A stretch of 64,000 nucleotides of DNA from Podospora anserina (taxonomy: Eukaryota), in the NCBI GenBank assembly GCA_017654855.1, contig CM030334.1, positions 682,001-746,000 on the forward strand. Reading direction: 5' to 3'. Each line of letters opens with the position of its first letter. The first letter of the stretch is position 1. This document shows, piece by piece, positions 37,889-51,136 of this stretch. The notes under the pieces were generated by a model. That model was not told the origin of the DNA. It made no database searches and saw only the letters and a list, made by a program, of their open reading frames with translations. Position numbers and translations under genes: made by a program.

Positions 37889-39239
37889 TATAATATCAGG
37901 CTTTGTAATATGTGCGAAGGGATACCCAACCAATAAGATATCCGTCCATCATCATGCTGAGAGTCTGTTTCAATGTCATGTATGGTTGTTTGGCAATACA
38001 CCGCACAGCCAGGGGGCTCGGGGATTCAGGACTGGTATGGTTGCGTGTTGATTCGTGAGCATTCAAGACAGATTTAGATAGGGACATAGAAAGCCCCTTG
38101 AAAGACACTTCATGATGAATGAGATCTTGCCTCATGATGCGACGATGCCAACCCCACCTATTCAAGCTCAGTCATGCGTACATGATCGACACCCTTGCTT
38201 GGTTCGCAGACGGCCCCCTGACAGGACCCTCCATCAATACTTCTTATCTGCGCGGCTTTCTCCATCATTCACCATTAAACAGACTTGGATACCTAGGTAT
38301 GTAGTCTGACAAGCAGAAAAAAACAAACGTGTGGTATGACATGGAGGTCGGGCATCAGGTCAAGCTGGACGTCAAATGGCAGTTGCATCTTCAGGGTTGC
38401 ACCGCATCAGTTCGTACCGGCTCGTTGGTACCCAAGACATCATCGTAAGCAACACGTCGTCATCCTATACTCATCCAGGACAGCATTTCCAATCAATCTG
38501 CCTGGCATATGTCGTGATTTGGAAAAAGTGCGAGAAAAAAGGGGTGGTCAGCAACAAACAAGGTGAAATGATCGACATATTTCGCCAACAAACAACACTT
38601 GACCATGGTGTCGGATTTGCTGATACCACCTCAAAGTTGTCAGATTTCGACAAATCGGGGCACATCGGAAGTTTGTGCTCATCGCCCGGGCGTGCTAGCA
38701 GCAAGGATGGCCAGATCACAACTCAACATGCTGCAAGCACGATCGGGCGTCGGGGATCTGCAAGATGATCGACAAACGCAGCTCCACTGCCAGAGCTGCT
38801 CAGCTGACAGACAGTTCGTGAGTCTGGTGTCAAACGACCCGCAATGGTGCACGTTGGGACAGGAAACGTTTTGTAACCATTCGCTATCAACGGGCTGGCC
38901 ATCAAGGTACCCAAGGTGCCCAAGGTCCAACCAAGTCAGAACTGGTGCAAACAAGATCTCAACACCCCACAGTCGAAGCAAGGAGGAGCAATGAGAATTG
39001 GTTCAAGATGCCAAACCAGCCAGTTGGCTCAATGCGGTTAAAAATCCTAAAAAACCATCCAAGAACTCCATGATCCGGCTTTCTAAAGCAAACAACCAAA
39101 CCAAACCACATAGACAATCCAACCAAAATGGTACAAAAACTACAACCAACATGAAAATTACCAGAGAAGAGAAAACACGCAAACACACACAATACTGACA
39201 GCAAAACAATGTAGCCAACCCGCCGCAACAACATCGACC

Positions 39240-42200
39240 TCAACCCCTCAGAATGGCGGTATCGACATGACTACTCCTGGCTGCCACCGCCCCCGCTAGA
39301 GCAGTGATAGATGGGCTCTGCATGATATCAAAGATCGACAGGTCTGCCCCAGCCTTCATGGACAGCATGTTGCGGAGCTCCACCGCAACAAGAGAATCCA
39401 CACCAAAGTCCGCCAACGACTTCGAGGGGATGATATCGTCCTCCGGGATCATGAAAATGTCCACCAGCTTCTTGGTAATCCCGCCCACCACAGCCTCCGC
39501 TGCATCGTCGAATGTCGAGGCGGATGCTAGCTTGCTCGCCAAATCACCAGATCCAGATTTGTTGGACATCTGGCTGCCCTCCTGTTCCGTCTTCTGGTAC
39601 CGAAGCTGCGAGAAGCGCGCGTCCCGCCGCAGAGGAGAGTCCTCTGTCTGTCCCGCTGGCCCAGTGTTGATGCCGAGCATGAGGGCTCCCGCAAGGGGGG
39701 TCGAGATCGCCGAGTCGATGGCAGCAAGGATCTCGCTCTCGCGCAGACCCGTGAAGCCATGTCGCTGGAGTGCTTCGATGGTTTTGGCAGACTCTTGTTC
39801 TTCCGCCAGATACCCCACAGACTTGACAATGCCTAGATCGATGGAAACCGCTGGTAGACCACGCGCCACTCGATGCTGAGCAAGTGCATCCTGGAAGGTG
39901 CCACCAGCTGAGTAGTTGGACTGACTGGCGAAGCCAACAACGCCGACAAGTGAGGAGAGCATGATGTAAAAGTCGAGATCGCCCTCACCAGAAAAGTACT
40001 GGTGCAGGTTCCAACTGCCGTGCAGCTTGGGATGGAGGGCGGCATTGTGGTCCCCAAGAGTCATGTTGTCCAGGACAGAGTCCTGTGATGAGGTTAGCAA
40101 CTGCTGTGTAAATGAAAAAGACTTCTCATACCTTAAGCTGCATTCCCCCGTGGATGACACCCTTGATGGGTGGTGCTCCTGTCCTGGCATACTTTGCGAG
40201 CGCCCTGTTGAGCTCCTTCATGTTGGATATGTCGCAGCCAAGTCCCACGACCTTGACCTGGTGACCAACAGCGCTGATAAGTTCGGTCTGAAGCTGATCT
40301 GCCTTTCCAAAGCTATCTGCACTGCGAGACATGACGGCGATGTGTTGGGCGCCATGTTCCGCAAGCCAGTGACACACTGATCGCCCAATACCGCCAAATC
40401 CACCGACCACAAGATACGAAGCGTCGGTGCGAAGGCGAGCGTTTAACTTGCGCGGGACAACCTGGAGGGTAATATTGTCAGTGGCCATGTAATATCATGT
40501 GAAAAGGGGTCAACATACCGGAACCATGGTCTCGTCATCGACGGCCAGCACAATCTTTCCCATATGTTTGCCAGCTTGCATCAGGCGGAAAGCCTTCTCA
40601 ACATCAGAAAGGGGTAGGACTGAGATGGGATAGACTGTATTGATCTCCTTCTCAGCAACCATTCGCACAATGTCCTTCATGATCCGGTTGGCTTCCATTG
40701 GTTTGCACTCACCCAGTGCGATGACATCGACACTGGAAAAGGAAACCGCTCTCGTGAAAGCTTCCATTCCTAGACTGTTGTTGAGCTCAAAATCCTTTTT
40801 CCCAATCTCGACGAATCGGCCAAACGGTGCAAGGCAGTTGAAGCTTGCCTGCAGTAACGTCCCAGCAAGCGAGTTCAGTACCACGTCCACTCCTTTGCCA
40901 CCGGTCATCTCCTTGACACCAGAGGCAAAAGACACATCACGGCTTGAAAAGATGTGATCGGAATGGATACCAAAGTGCTCCATAACAAACTTGCGCTTCT
41001 CCTCTGAGCCAACTGTGACAAAAACCTCGGCCCCAACCCGTTGGGCAAGCATCACAGCCGCCTGACCAACACCTCCCGTGGCCGAGTGAATGAGAACAGT
41101 CTCGCCTCTCTGAAGTCTGGCATTGTCATAGAGAGAAACGTAGGCGGCCACAAACTGAGTGGGAAGCGAAGCAGCCGTCTCAAAACCCATGTCCTCAGGA
41201 ATGTGAACGGCACTGGTCCAGTGAATCCTGGTACGGCTCCCGTAGTGTCCCCTGAGCAGCACTGAGACACGATCCCCAGGTTTGTAGCCATTCGCAGCAG
41301 CAACAGAACCGACTCGAGTAACAACACCCGAACAGTCGTACCCCATGACTCGAGACTTCAGCTGACCTATCGCAACCATCACGTCGCGGAAGTTGACACC
41401 AAAAGCTCTGGGCTCAATTTCGACAAAGTCCTCGGGCAGTTCTTCGAGTGCGCTGGCATCATCATCAAAGGCGAGGGTGTCGAGAAGTCCAGTCGTACCA
41501 ATGGTGAGACGCAGAGGGCGGTCCTGTTGTATGAATGGCTCCAGTGGATGTACAGACTGCTCGGCTGGGCGACGGAAGACATTGTTGTTTCGGCAAACAT
41601 CCTTGATGTATCTGGGAACCGAAATGACACCATTTCTCTCTGCGAACTCAAAGTCGGAAGCAGCTTCGAGGTCTGAGTAGTTGAAGAAGCTGCGGAAGAC
41701 TTGGGTGATGGAGCTCACTGATTCTGCGGAGCAAAGGGGTCTTGTTGGGTCGAGGTCCAGAGTCCCCAGCCGCTTGCCAACATATTCTTGACGAAGGGAT
41801 CGGAGAAATCCGGCCGCAAGGCCAGCGTGAGGTGTTTTGAAGTCCATAGCCCCACCTTGAGTTAGCCATAGGACACCCTTGGATCTCGTGGAAAGCGTCT
41901 TGAGGCCCTCGAACTCTGCGCGATCGGCACTGGCGAGAATGGGGCTTTCTGAATCATCCACAAAGATACAAACTCTGTTGTCATCGGCAGTGACAGAGTC
42001 CAATGAATGTACGGTTGGCACCGTCCACGTAAGAAGACCAATAGAAACGCCGAGTTGGTCAAGCCAGGGGTTCGGCGTAGTTGGTTTGGCTGTGACGAAA
42101 GCAATGTCAAAGTCGAACTTGGGCGGACCGGTGGCAGCCGTCGACATCATGACACTGAATGCGTAGAGATCGTCATCGTCACAGTCTCGGATCTCAGCGT

Positions 42201-45200
42201 CGATTCCGGAGAAACCTGTGCGGTTGAGGACGCGGTCCCACATGGGGATGGTAAGTGAAGGGCTGAACTTGCGCTCTTCCTCTTCGCCTACAAGCAATAG
42301 ATATTAGTAAATATTGGGCGAAAGAGACAGAATAGGGAACTTACTGAGCCACCAGCCTGGAAGAAATCCAAAGACGAATTGCAAATCAACTGGGTCCTTG
42401 GTTGTCTCCATCAGGAATAGTTTGCCGCCAGGCTTCAAGAGTCTTCTCACATTCGCCATGGTGTTGTTCATCGACTTTGTGGCATGAAGAACCTGGCATG
42501 CTATCACCACATCATAGCCCCCCTCTTCAAACCCTTGCTTCATTGGATCCTGCTCGATGTCGAGCTTCTTGTACTTGACCACGTTGTTCCAGTCCTGGAA
42601 TTTCTCTTTGGCAGCTTCGAAGAAACCAGAAGACACATCCGTGAAGTCGTATGAGCCGACATTGGGGCCGGTCCCTTCCTTGCTGTTTCCAAGTCCCTGC
42701 AGGATATGGCTTGTCGCCCCTCCAGTTCCCGCCCCTATCTCAATCATCTTGGCTCGCGGGTTCTTCTGCGCGTAGAGCTTGACCAGCTCTCCAAGTTTCG
42801 CATTGGTTCGTCCCCATTTGAGAGCATCCAGATAGTAGCGAGAGAGCAAGTCCTTTTCAAGCATCACTTCCAGAGCTGTGATCTCGCTGCGAAGGATTGG
42901 CACGATATGGGGGCCCAGCTTGCATACCATCTCGCCGTTGGTGCTGCCTGACCTGACTTTCTCAAACAATGCCAGCTTTTCTTTGAGCGGAGCCTTGATC
43001 CACCGGCTGCTGTCAGGGGCAAGCTGATTCGTGCGGGCTAGCTCAGCCTGATGCCCCATCCAAATGTAGAACCTCCTCTGATGCCGTTCCAACCGTTTGA
43101 TGTCAGCTGCCGTGAGCTCAGCCAGAGCGTCGTGAATGAAAAACAGACATGCTTGGCGTAGATCCATCAAGGTGTCTCTCTCTTGGTCCGAGATATGACT
43201 GCTGAGATTGTCCTTCAAGTATGCCTCCTTGAGAAGGCCAATGTCCGGAACCCATTGAGTTGTAGTAAACTTGTCTTGTTCCCATGAGTCTGTCTGCTGA
43301 ACCGGGGCGGTTCCGATGGATTGACAAACGAAACCGTCAATCGTGATAACAGGCGCGATCGACTCAATCATCTCATTTGCTGGGCTTTCAAAGACCGTGA
43401 GCCCCGTTGTCATGGATTGGTTGTCGATGTGGCTCAGGTTGGTGTAAGCCTTGAAGAAATGTCCAGCCTGGGCGTTGATATCATGGGAGACCCAAAGCTT
43501 GCTGATAGTCTTTGGCACTTTGGGCGTCTGTCGAACATTGCTCGAATCGGGGATGGCAGTGTAGGCAGCTTGGAAAACGGAGTCGAGCGTGGTGGGATGG
43601 ACGACATGGTCGTGTTGGTGGTGCTTGGGCATAGTCGCTTTGGAGTCGGCCACTGTGAAGGATGTCACAGATTGCTGACCCCGAGTTCGAATGCTCTTGA
43701 TGTTTTGGAAGATGGGCCCGTGGCAGATGCCACCTGATCGCAGGCCAGCATACATGTCTTGTGGGCTGACCCGGGTTCTGTAGGCGGACTCGTTCATGGG
43801 ATGGGCGAGCTTGAACCCATGACCCGGCAAAGCGTTTTGGCAAAAGCCCATCTCATCCCCAGATGAGTGCTCGACCGAGATCAGACCTTTGCAATGGTAC
43901 ATCCAGATGTTATCTGAGCTGACAGACTGCACGTTGAACTCCGTCCATCCCTTAATGTCCAGGACCTTTTCGCTGCATGGCCGAAATGACAGCTGAAGCT
44001 CGATGCCGTCAGCTGTCTCGGGCACAACCAGGGCGTTAAGGATGTCGATATCTCGCAGTTGGTAGCCTAGAACCCTGCCCTTGCGCCCTTGCCTCGCTGC
44101 GTGTTGGGCCATGCCCTCGATGGCCATCGAGATGTAACCGGCTGCTGGATAGATCACATTGGATTGGACAACGTGGTCCCTAACCCACGGAATGTCGCTC
44201 ATGCGAACAATGTGTCTCCAGGAGGGCGCACTGAGATCTGTTCCGAGAACAAGAGACCCAAGAAGATCGTGAGGCGGTTCTTGGCGATGGCGAAGGGCCT
44301 TGTTGAATCGTGGCTCGATCCAATGGCGGGTTTGATGATTCCAGGGGTATCTGGGAAGATCGTGAAGCACCTTGATACCTTCTCGGCCATAGGGCAAATT
44401 GACAGGTGCAAGGTTGACTGGGTAGCCCTTTTGGATGAGACTGCTAACGAGTGTATGCATGGTCTCAACCGCATGCTTCTTTCTGACGAGGCAGCTCTCG
44501 TATGGAATGACAACGCCATTGAACTCGCGCATGCGTAATATCTCTTGGATGGGCCCGGAGAGAGCCGCGTGTGGACCAACCTCGATCACCATGTCGACAG
44601 ACAACTCGGCGCCGGGGGTGTCGAAGCACATGTTGCGGAATGCGTCGACAAACTGAACGCGTCCTGTCAGACTGCGTACCCAATGAGCAGGGCTTCCAAT
44701 CTCGCGGGCATCCTCCATCCGTGTTCCAGTCGACGGCGACGAGAAGATGAAGTCGAGATGATCCTGCGGCGACCGAACCTTCTTGTCCATAGCGCTGTGA
44801 TAGGCTTCTGCAACAGCCTCCATATGATGCGAGTGCCAGGCAGCGTCCACCTTGAGGCGTCTCGCAAAGATATTCTCCTGCTGGAACATCCTTTCGAGCT
44901 GCTCGAGACCACAGACATCGCCGGAAAGAGTAATAGAGTTGGGACTGTTCTCACAGGCCACGACGACCTTGCCGGTGGTGGCGCGAGAGAGAAATCGCCG
45001 ACTGGCCTCGACTCCAAGCCCCACTGCCATCATGCCCCCCTGACGGGCAATCTGACGATTGCTCTCCGAAGCGAGGCCTCCACGCGCAAAAGCGATGGCC
45101 ATGGCCGACTGGAGATCGAGAGCACCGGCCGCATAAGCGGCGGCAATCTCTCCGCTCGAATGGCTCGTGACTGCTGTGGGGGTGACACCCCAAGCCCGGA

Positions 45201-47405
45201 GCAGGTTTGTGAGGGCGATCTGGACGGCAACGCACACGGGAGTACTGTAGTCCAGCTGATTGACCTTGGAGGTGTCGGCATCTCGGTTTAGCTCCTCTGT
45301 AGAAACACGCGTGTTAGAAACCTAGCATTTCCAGCACGAACGGAGAAAACATACCAATCATGTTCCAAGTTGCCCCGAGTTTCTCTAGATGCTTGTTGCA
45401 GTCGAGCAACGCGGCCTTGAACACGGGGTAGACCTCAATCAACTCCCTGCCCATCGCCCACCACTGCGCGCCCTGGCCATTGTAAACAAATCCTACCCTG
45501 GGAGAAGCGATTGCTGCCTTGGCAGGCTTTGCCTTTGGGGAATCGAGAATCTTGATCAGGGCCTCGACCGTGTCAGCAGAAACCGACGTGATCCACGGGA
45601 ACCGCGAGCGACGGTGGCCCAGAGTGTAGGCAAGGTTGTCGAGGAAACCATCTTCATCCGTGATCTTGGTGTTGAGCAAGTAGTCCTTGAGATTGGAGAC
45701 CATGGCCTGGGTAGCTCTCTCATCTTTGCCACTCAAGACGAACACTCGGCGCCGGGGCAGGTACTTGAGAGCACTGCTGCTCCGTCGTGACCGGCTGCTG
45801 GCATTGTCGAGATTGGCAGCCTGCTGAAGGGGTTGGGAACCAGTGAAGGAATCCAAGTCTTCCATGATAACATGAGCGTTGGATCCGCCATAGCCAAAAT
45901 TGTTGATAGACGCACGCCTCACGCCCTCCTTTCCATCCCAGGGCTCGAGTTCAGTGGGGACCTGCAGGGGAGAGAAGGCGCTGATTAGCATTTGTTTCCG
46001 TGTCTCGGCCAATTGATGCCGGGAAGGCCCACGGCCGGATCACTCACCTTTAACTTCCAGTCGTACAAACGCAGCTTCTCATTCGGCTTCTCATAGTTGA
46101 CAGTGGGCGGGATCTGACCCTTCTCGAGCGCCAGTGCGACCTTGATGATGGCCGCAACTCCGCTTGCCGTTTCTGTGTGGCCGATGTTGGTCTTGACTGA
46201 TCCGATTCTCAATGGGTCATCGCTTGGTCGAGTGTCTTGGAAAACCGACGAGATGGCTTTGACCTCGATGGGATCGCCCGTTGGTGTGCCAGTTCCGTGG
46301 GCTTCAAAGTAGGTCGTCTGGGAAGGATCGAGGCCTGCCTTCTTGTAACAAGCGCGAATAAGCGCTTCCTGCGCCTCGCCGCTGGGTGTGGTGATAGTTT
46401 CCGTCTTGCCGTCCTGGTTCACGCCTGTCTCCCGGATGATGGCCCGGATCGGATCACCATCCCGCAAGGCATCGTCGAGCCTCTTGAGGATGATGGTGGC
46501 TGACCCCTCCCCGCGACCATATCCATTGGCGCGGCTGTCAAATGCATAGGACCTGCCATCCTTGGAAATCAGGGTCATCGAGGACATGGCCAGGAACATG
46601 TCCGGGTTGAACATGATGTTTGCACCGCCCACAATGGACATGTCCGATTCACCGGTCCGAAGACTCTGGCATCCTTGGTGCAGCGCAGTCAAGGTGGTCG
46701 AGCAGCCCGTGTCGACTGACATGCTCGGTCCTCGCAGATCGAAAAAGTGTGACAGGCGATTGGAGGCCATGGCTGCCCCTGTGCCCATCAGTAGAAACCT
46801 GGGCAGGGCGTCGGGATCTCTGATCAGACTCTCATAGTAGTCGCGAAAAAATGAGCCGGCAAAGACAGAAGTGTTGGAGCCGGCGACATCCTGAAGGGTG
46901 ATTCCAGCTTAGACAACAAGTATGGGTTAGTAGAGAATGGGATGAGCATCGTGGGGCAAACCTACCGCTTTCCAGCGCCTCATATGTGGACTCCAGTTGC
47001 AGTCTGAACTGAGGATCTAGTGCCTGTTTCATCCCGTTAGTTTGCTCCTTAAAATGGCGAGCGACAGCCATGTCTGACTTACCGCTGCAGTCTCCGCCGA
47101 CAAATTAAAGAAATTGGCGTCGAACAAGCCGACGTCTTCCTCGAGGAAGTGGCCTCCTGCCACATTGGTCTATTTCAAAAGTGTGAGATTGTATCCCTCT
47201 TCTGAGAGAATGAGTTTGAACTGACCCCATTGAGCTTCTCAAAATTTGGATGAAGGAACCCGTCAATGTTGAAGCGGTTTTTAGGAATCTCCGACCATGC
47301 GCTGCGGCCTTCGGAAACAAGTTTCCAGAGCTTCTCTGGACTGTCGACGTCGCCAGCGAACCGGCAGCTCATTCCGACGATGGCGATGGGTGTGTTGGAT
47401 TGCAT
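39240..47405 (-). CDS. Highly reducing iterative type I polyketide synthase (KS-AT-DH-cMT-ER-KR-ACP), multi-exon
   Basis: [62 protein letters not shown]; c[62 protein letters not shown] introns, e.g. 47225-47170 and 47082-47024. Confidence 0.97.
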
Positions 47406-49253
47406 CTTTGCTTGATACACAAAGTCTGGAAGGGGTGAAGGGTACCTTTAACCGTTCAGGTAGATGAGTCAAGATGAGGGGTGGGCTTCGGACTCAAGTG
47501 TTGTTGAAATACCTGATGAGAATAGGGTTGGGAAACAAGAAGACGGATCCAACGCGGTGCAAGGACGTCGCACATGTCGACTCTATATAAAATCTCTTGA
47601 CGACAAGCTCAAAACTCCTGCATTGCCATATTCTCCCTGAACCCACCGCCCTCGTGCAAGTTGATGGGCGAGATTGCCACGATTTCAGCCGTGATAGGGA
47701 GTTTACAGCATCCAGTTCCACGGAAGGGATGAGATACTCCGGGCAAGCAACAGTCAAAAACTCCGAACCACCTTTCTCTCACAGCCCATAATTCGAGAAC
47801 CGCAGTCTCGGGCTAATACAAACCCAACAGCCCGATTCAAATCGAATTCTCGCTTCATTTTGGCAATATCACATATCATGATGGCTTCGGGAAGGATCAT
47901 TCTTGTGGGCGATGAGATGTAAGCAGAAGGTGTGATGATTTGCCCCACTTTGACTGACTCAGCAGTAGATAAGGGACTCGGGGAGTGAGACCTCGACCAA
48001 TGCTTAGCAAATTTGTTACTCGTGACGAGAAGATGCTCATCGTTGAACGGATTGGCATTGCAAAAGTGGGAATCTTGTGGCTCTCGACTTTCTGTGTGAT
48101 GGTCAAACCCCAAACTCGGCGATTGTACCTTCCGGGTAGGCCGGCCGGCGACGCTCCGGATGGTTGTGCCCCGACCCGCCGTGAAACTCCGGGGGAGACC
48201 CACAGTAAACTCCGAAAGTGGACGAAGTGGGACGGGAGATCAGTCTACCCTGGGCGATCAGGAAAATGTATTTCTCGCTCAGTCAGCACTGTTGGACTCT
48301 GAGACAGTTGGGGGGTGCTCGGGAGCTGTTGGTGAGACGTGCAGTTTTGAGGGCTCCGATCCGGCAATGATATGTTGATTTGGTGAAACCCTGCTGCAGA
48401 TCTGCCGGGCAACGTCAGCACAATGGCGTTATCCCTCATCTTTCTTTTGTTTTTCCGGCTGCAAGTATTACCTTGTAAGACGGGTGGCCCCCTATCGTGC
48501 TGGAGAATACCTTAGGCTTGAGACCAGCACAATATCTCAAGGCCGGCAAGTAGGTGTGTACAATCGGAGAATATTACTCCGGGTCTACACTAACTCGTCA
48601 AGATGTTCCACACAGAGGGCTGCGGGCAAAGAGGCTCTCATATTGCCCGCGGCAGGGGCAGGTGCAAGATCCAGCAGGTGTCACTATCGCAGCTGAAGTT
48701 GGGGAAGTGGGAACTGTCTGTGACTGTATGTGATTGAAAGGCATCTGAGTAACATAAGGGACCGTCCCCGACCAATCGCGGATGCCGTCGGATACCAGGT
48801 CATGATCTGATGGTGGGAGAGGTAACACCCGGTGTAGTGGTCGGAGACCACTGACAAGACCAGCGTTTCTGCTGAACAGGAAATGATCAGTGAATCCTTT
48901 TCACGGTCAAGGAATGGTCTCTCTTCAGGTTCACAGACTTGCAGTGTGTATCTCGGTGCCATTCCCTATTTGCTCCTCTGCTGCAGGCAGAGCTGCCGTT
49001 GGTAAATCCTCAGTAACTGTTGACCGGACTGGCCTTCCGATTCCCTCAATCGATATGAGAAACCCCCTGTCCCCCGTGCTCTACGACACCCTACTTCAGA
49101 TACAAACCACGGCACTGTATTCTTCTTGATAAGCACCGATCCCCAGATCGTATCACGTCTCGGACCGACCAAGTCAGCTCAACAGAGGACGCCTTTACAA
49201 CGCCTTTTCGCTTCTGGATGCCACTGACAAGCCCAAAAACCTAATAGCCCAAG
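47406..49253. promoter_or_regulatory. Divergent PKS/SDR promoter with candidate Zn2Cys6 binding sites
   Basis: TATA-like element at ~47584-47592; ACTCCGGG at 47736, 48186 and 48576; CGG-N11-CCG at 48565-48581. Confidence 0.55.
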
Positions 49254-50364
49254 ATGGTGTCCTTCAGCCAGATGCAATCGTCAAATACACGCATCATAGA
49301 GGTGCTGCCTGCAGGTCTCGTAGCTGTGTTTGTCGGCGGGACGAGTGGCATAGGGGAGACAACCATGAAGCAGCTCGCCAAGAACACCGTCGAGCCTCGC
49401 ATCTACTTCGTGGGCCGGTCTAGAGAGGCTGCCACTCGAATCGTGGCCGAACTTCACGACCTAAACCCAGCAGGGGAATACCACTTTATCCAGGCCGATG
49501 TATCGCTTCTGCACGCCGTGGACTGGGTCTGTCGTGAGATACAGGCCAGGGAGTCCGTCGTCAATCTTTTGTTTCTAACGCCAGGGGTCGTGTTGACGAG
49601 CCAGGGTAGCGGTAAGTCTTGACGCGGTATCTCGAGCTCGTTCTAGATGGCTTTTGGAGGCTGACTGCTTGGTCCCAGATACGATCGAGTCCCTGTACTA
49701 CCCCACGGCAATGACCTATTACTCCCGGATTAGGTTTATCGTAAACCTGCTCCCACTTCTTCAGAAAGCCTCCCATCTCCGGAGAGTCGTCACTGTGTTT
49801 GGCGCCGGCAAGGAGAGCCTTCTAGATGGCGATGACTTCCCCCTGTTTCCAGGGAGGTACCACCAGGCCGGGCCCTTGCAAACGACAGACCACGGCAGCC
49901 TCAGCACAATGATGACACTGGCACTGGAATCTCTGGCCCTGGAAGCGCCCAACATCAGCTTTGTCCATTCCTTTCCCGGCTTTGTCAAAGGTTCGTCCAC
50001 CAACAGCAGTCCCAAGACCGGCGGAGTCATCCGCGCTGTATTCAAAGTCGTCGGAGCGCTCCCTCTTTTCGAAGCTGGGGAGAGGCATCTATTCTTGGCC
50101 ACAAGCGCACGATTTCCGGCAAGAGACGGGGGACATTCGAGGATACCGACAGCGGGCGTCGGGCTCGGAAAAGGGGTTTCGGTCGCTAGAGGTACTGACG
50201 CGAGGGACGGTAGCGGGGTCTATTCTGTTAATTTCGATGGGGAGTCAGTGGCGTTCAAGGTGCAGGATACACTTCAGCAGCTGAGAGACAGAGATATGGT
50301 CAGAAGAGTGTGGCAACATACGATCAAGGAGTTTACCAGGGTCACCGGGTCAGCATTCGTGTAG
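49254..50364 (+). CDS. Short-chain dehydrogenase/reductase of the type found in fungal biosynthetic clusters (andH/lepF-like)
   Basis: VAVFVGGTSGIG Rossmann motif, YYSRIRF, SFVHSFPGFV, GERHLFLATS; one intron at ~49612-49678. Confidence 0.85.
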
Positions 50365-51136
50365 TTGCTCCCGTGGATTACCAATACCCACCACGCAACC
50401 TGGAAGGGGTGGGGATGGGACTCCAAGGCACAGACGGGACTATCATGTTCCACCGGGCCCCTATTACAGCCTTCACCCAGCTCAAGCTGGCACTTGAAAA
50501 CAGGAGAATACTGGAAGGGAAACAAGAGTTGGAATATGGGTTAGGGATTCCCGAGTTTTTATATGTTTGTAATTCGAAGCCAGAGACGAGAACCATTCTT
50601 TTGGGCGGTGTTTAAATGCTACCTCACATGTACCTTGGCAATTGCAGGAGCGTTTTGTGTTCCACCATGCCCCAAGGACAGGACTACCTACATGGTACCT
50701 GAGGTCGGGTACCTTACGCTGAGACACCTAATCCAGGTGCACTCGTGGCCAGCTGGCGCTTGAACATTGTAGTTGCCTGGGTCCATCATATCTTTGCCTT
50801 CCGTCATAGAATAACACTCCCCAACCAGACAGCTGACTGCGCCCTAATAAGTGTTCATGCAACGAGACACCATTCGAAATGCCTAGCGACCTGCTCCTTC
50901 CTCCCATGCCAAATCATTTCAGAGGCAGGCCCGTGACGCGATTTCTTGTTAGGCTATCCCGTGGTAGCCCATCCTGAACCAACGTTTTCCAACCTTCACC
51001 AATCCTACTAATTCCCTATGGTTCAACCACACATTTTGCATCCGCATTACCATCCTATACACTATCGAACACGAGGTGGAAGCTGATGCCATCAAGCTCT
51101 CGTACGAATAATATATCAGCCACAGCAGCAGAAAAC

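Noticed and set aside
37891-39239. Short ORFs between the transposon and the PKS stop as a hidden release enzyme
   Set aside because: No hydrolase, acyltransferase or reductase motifs seen in any listed frame.
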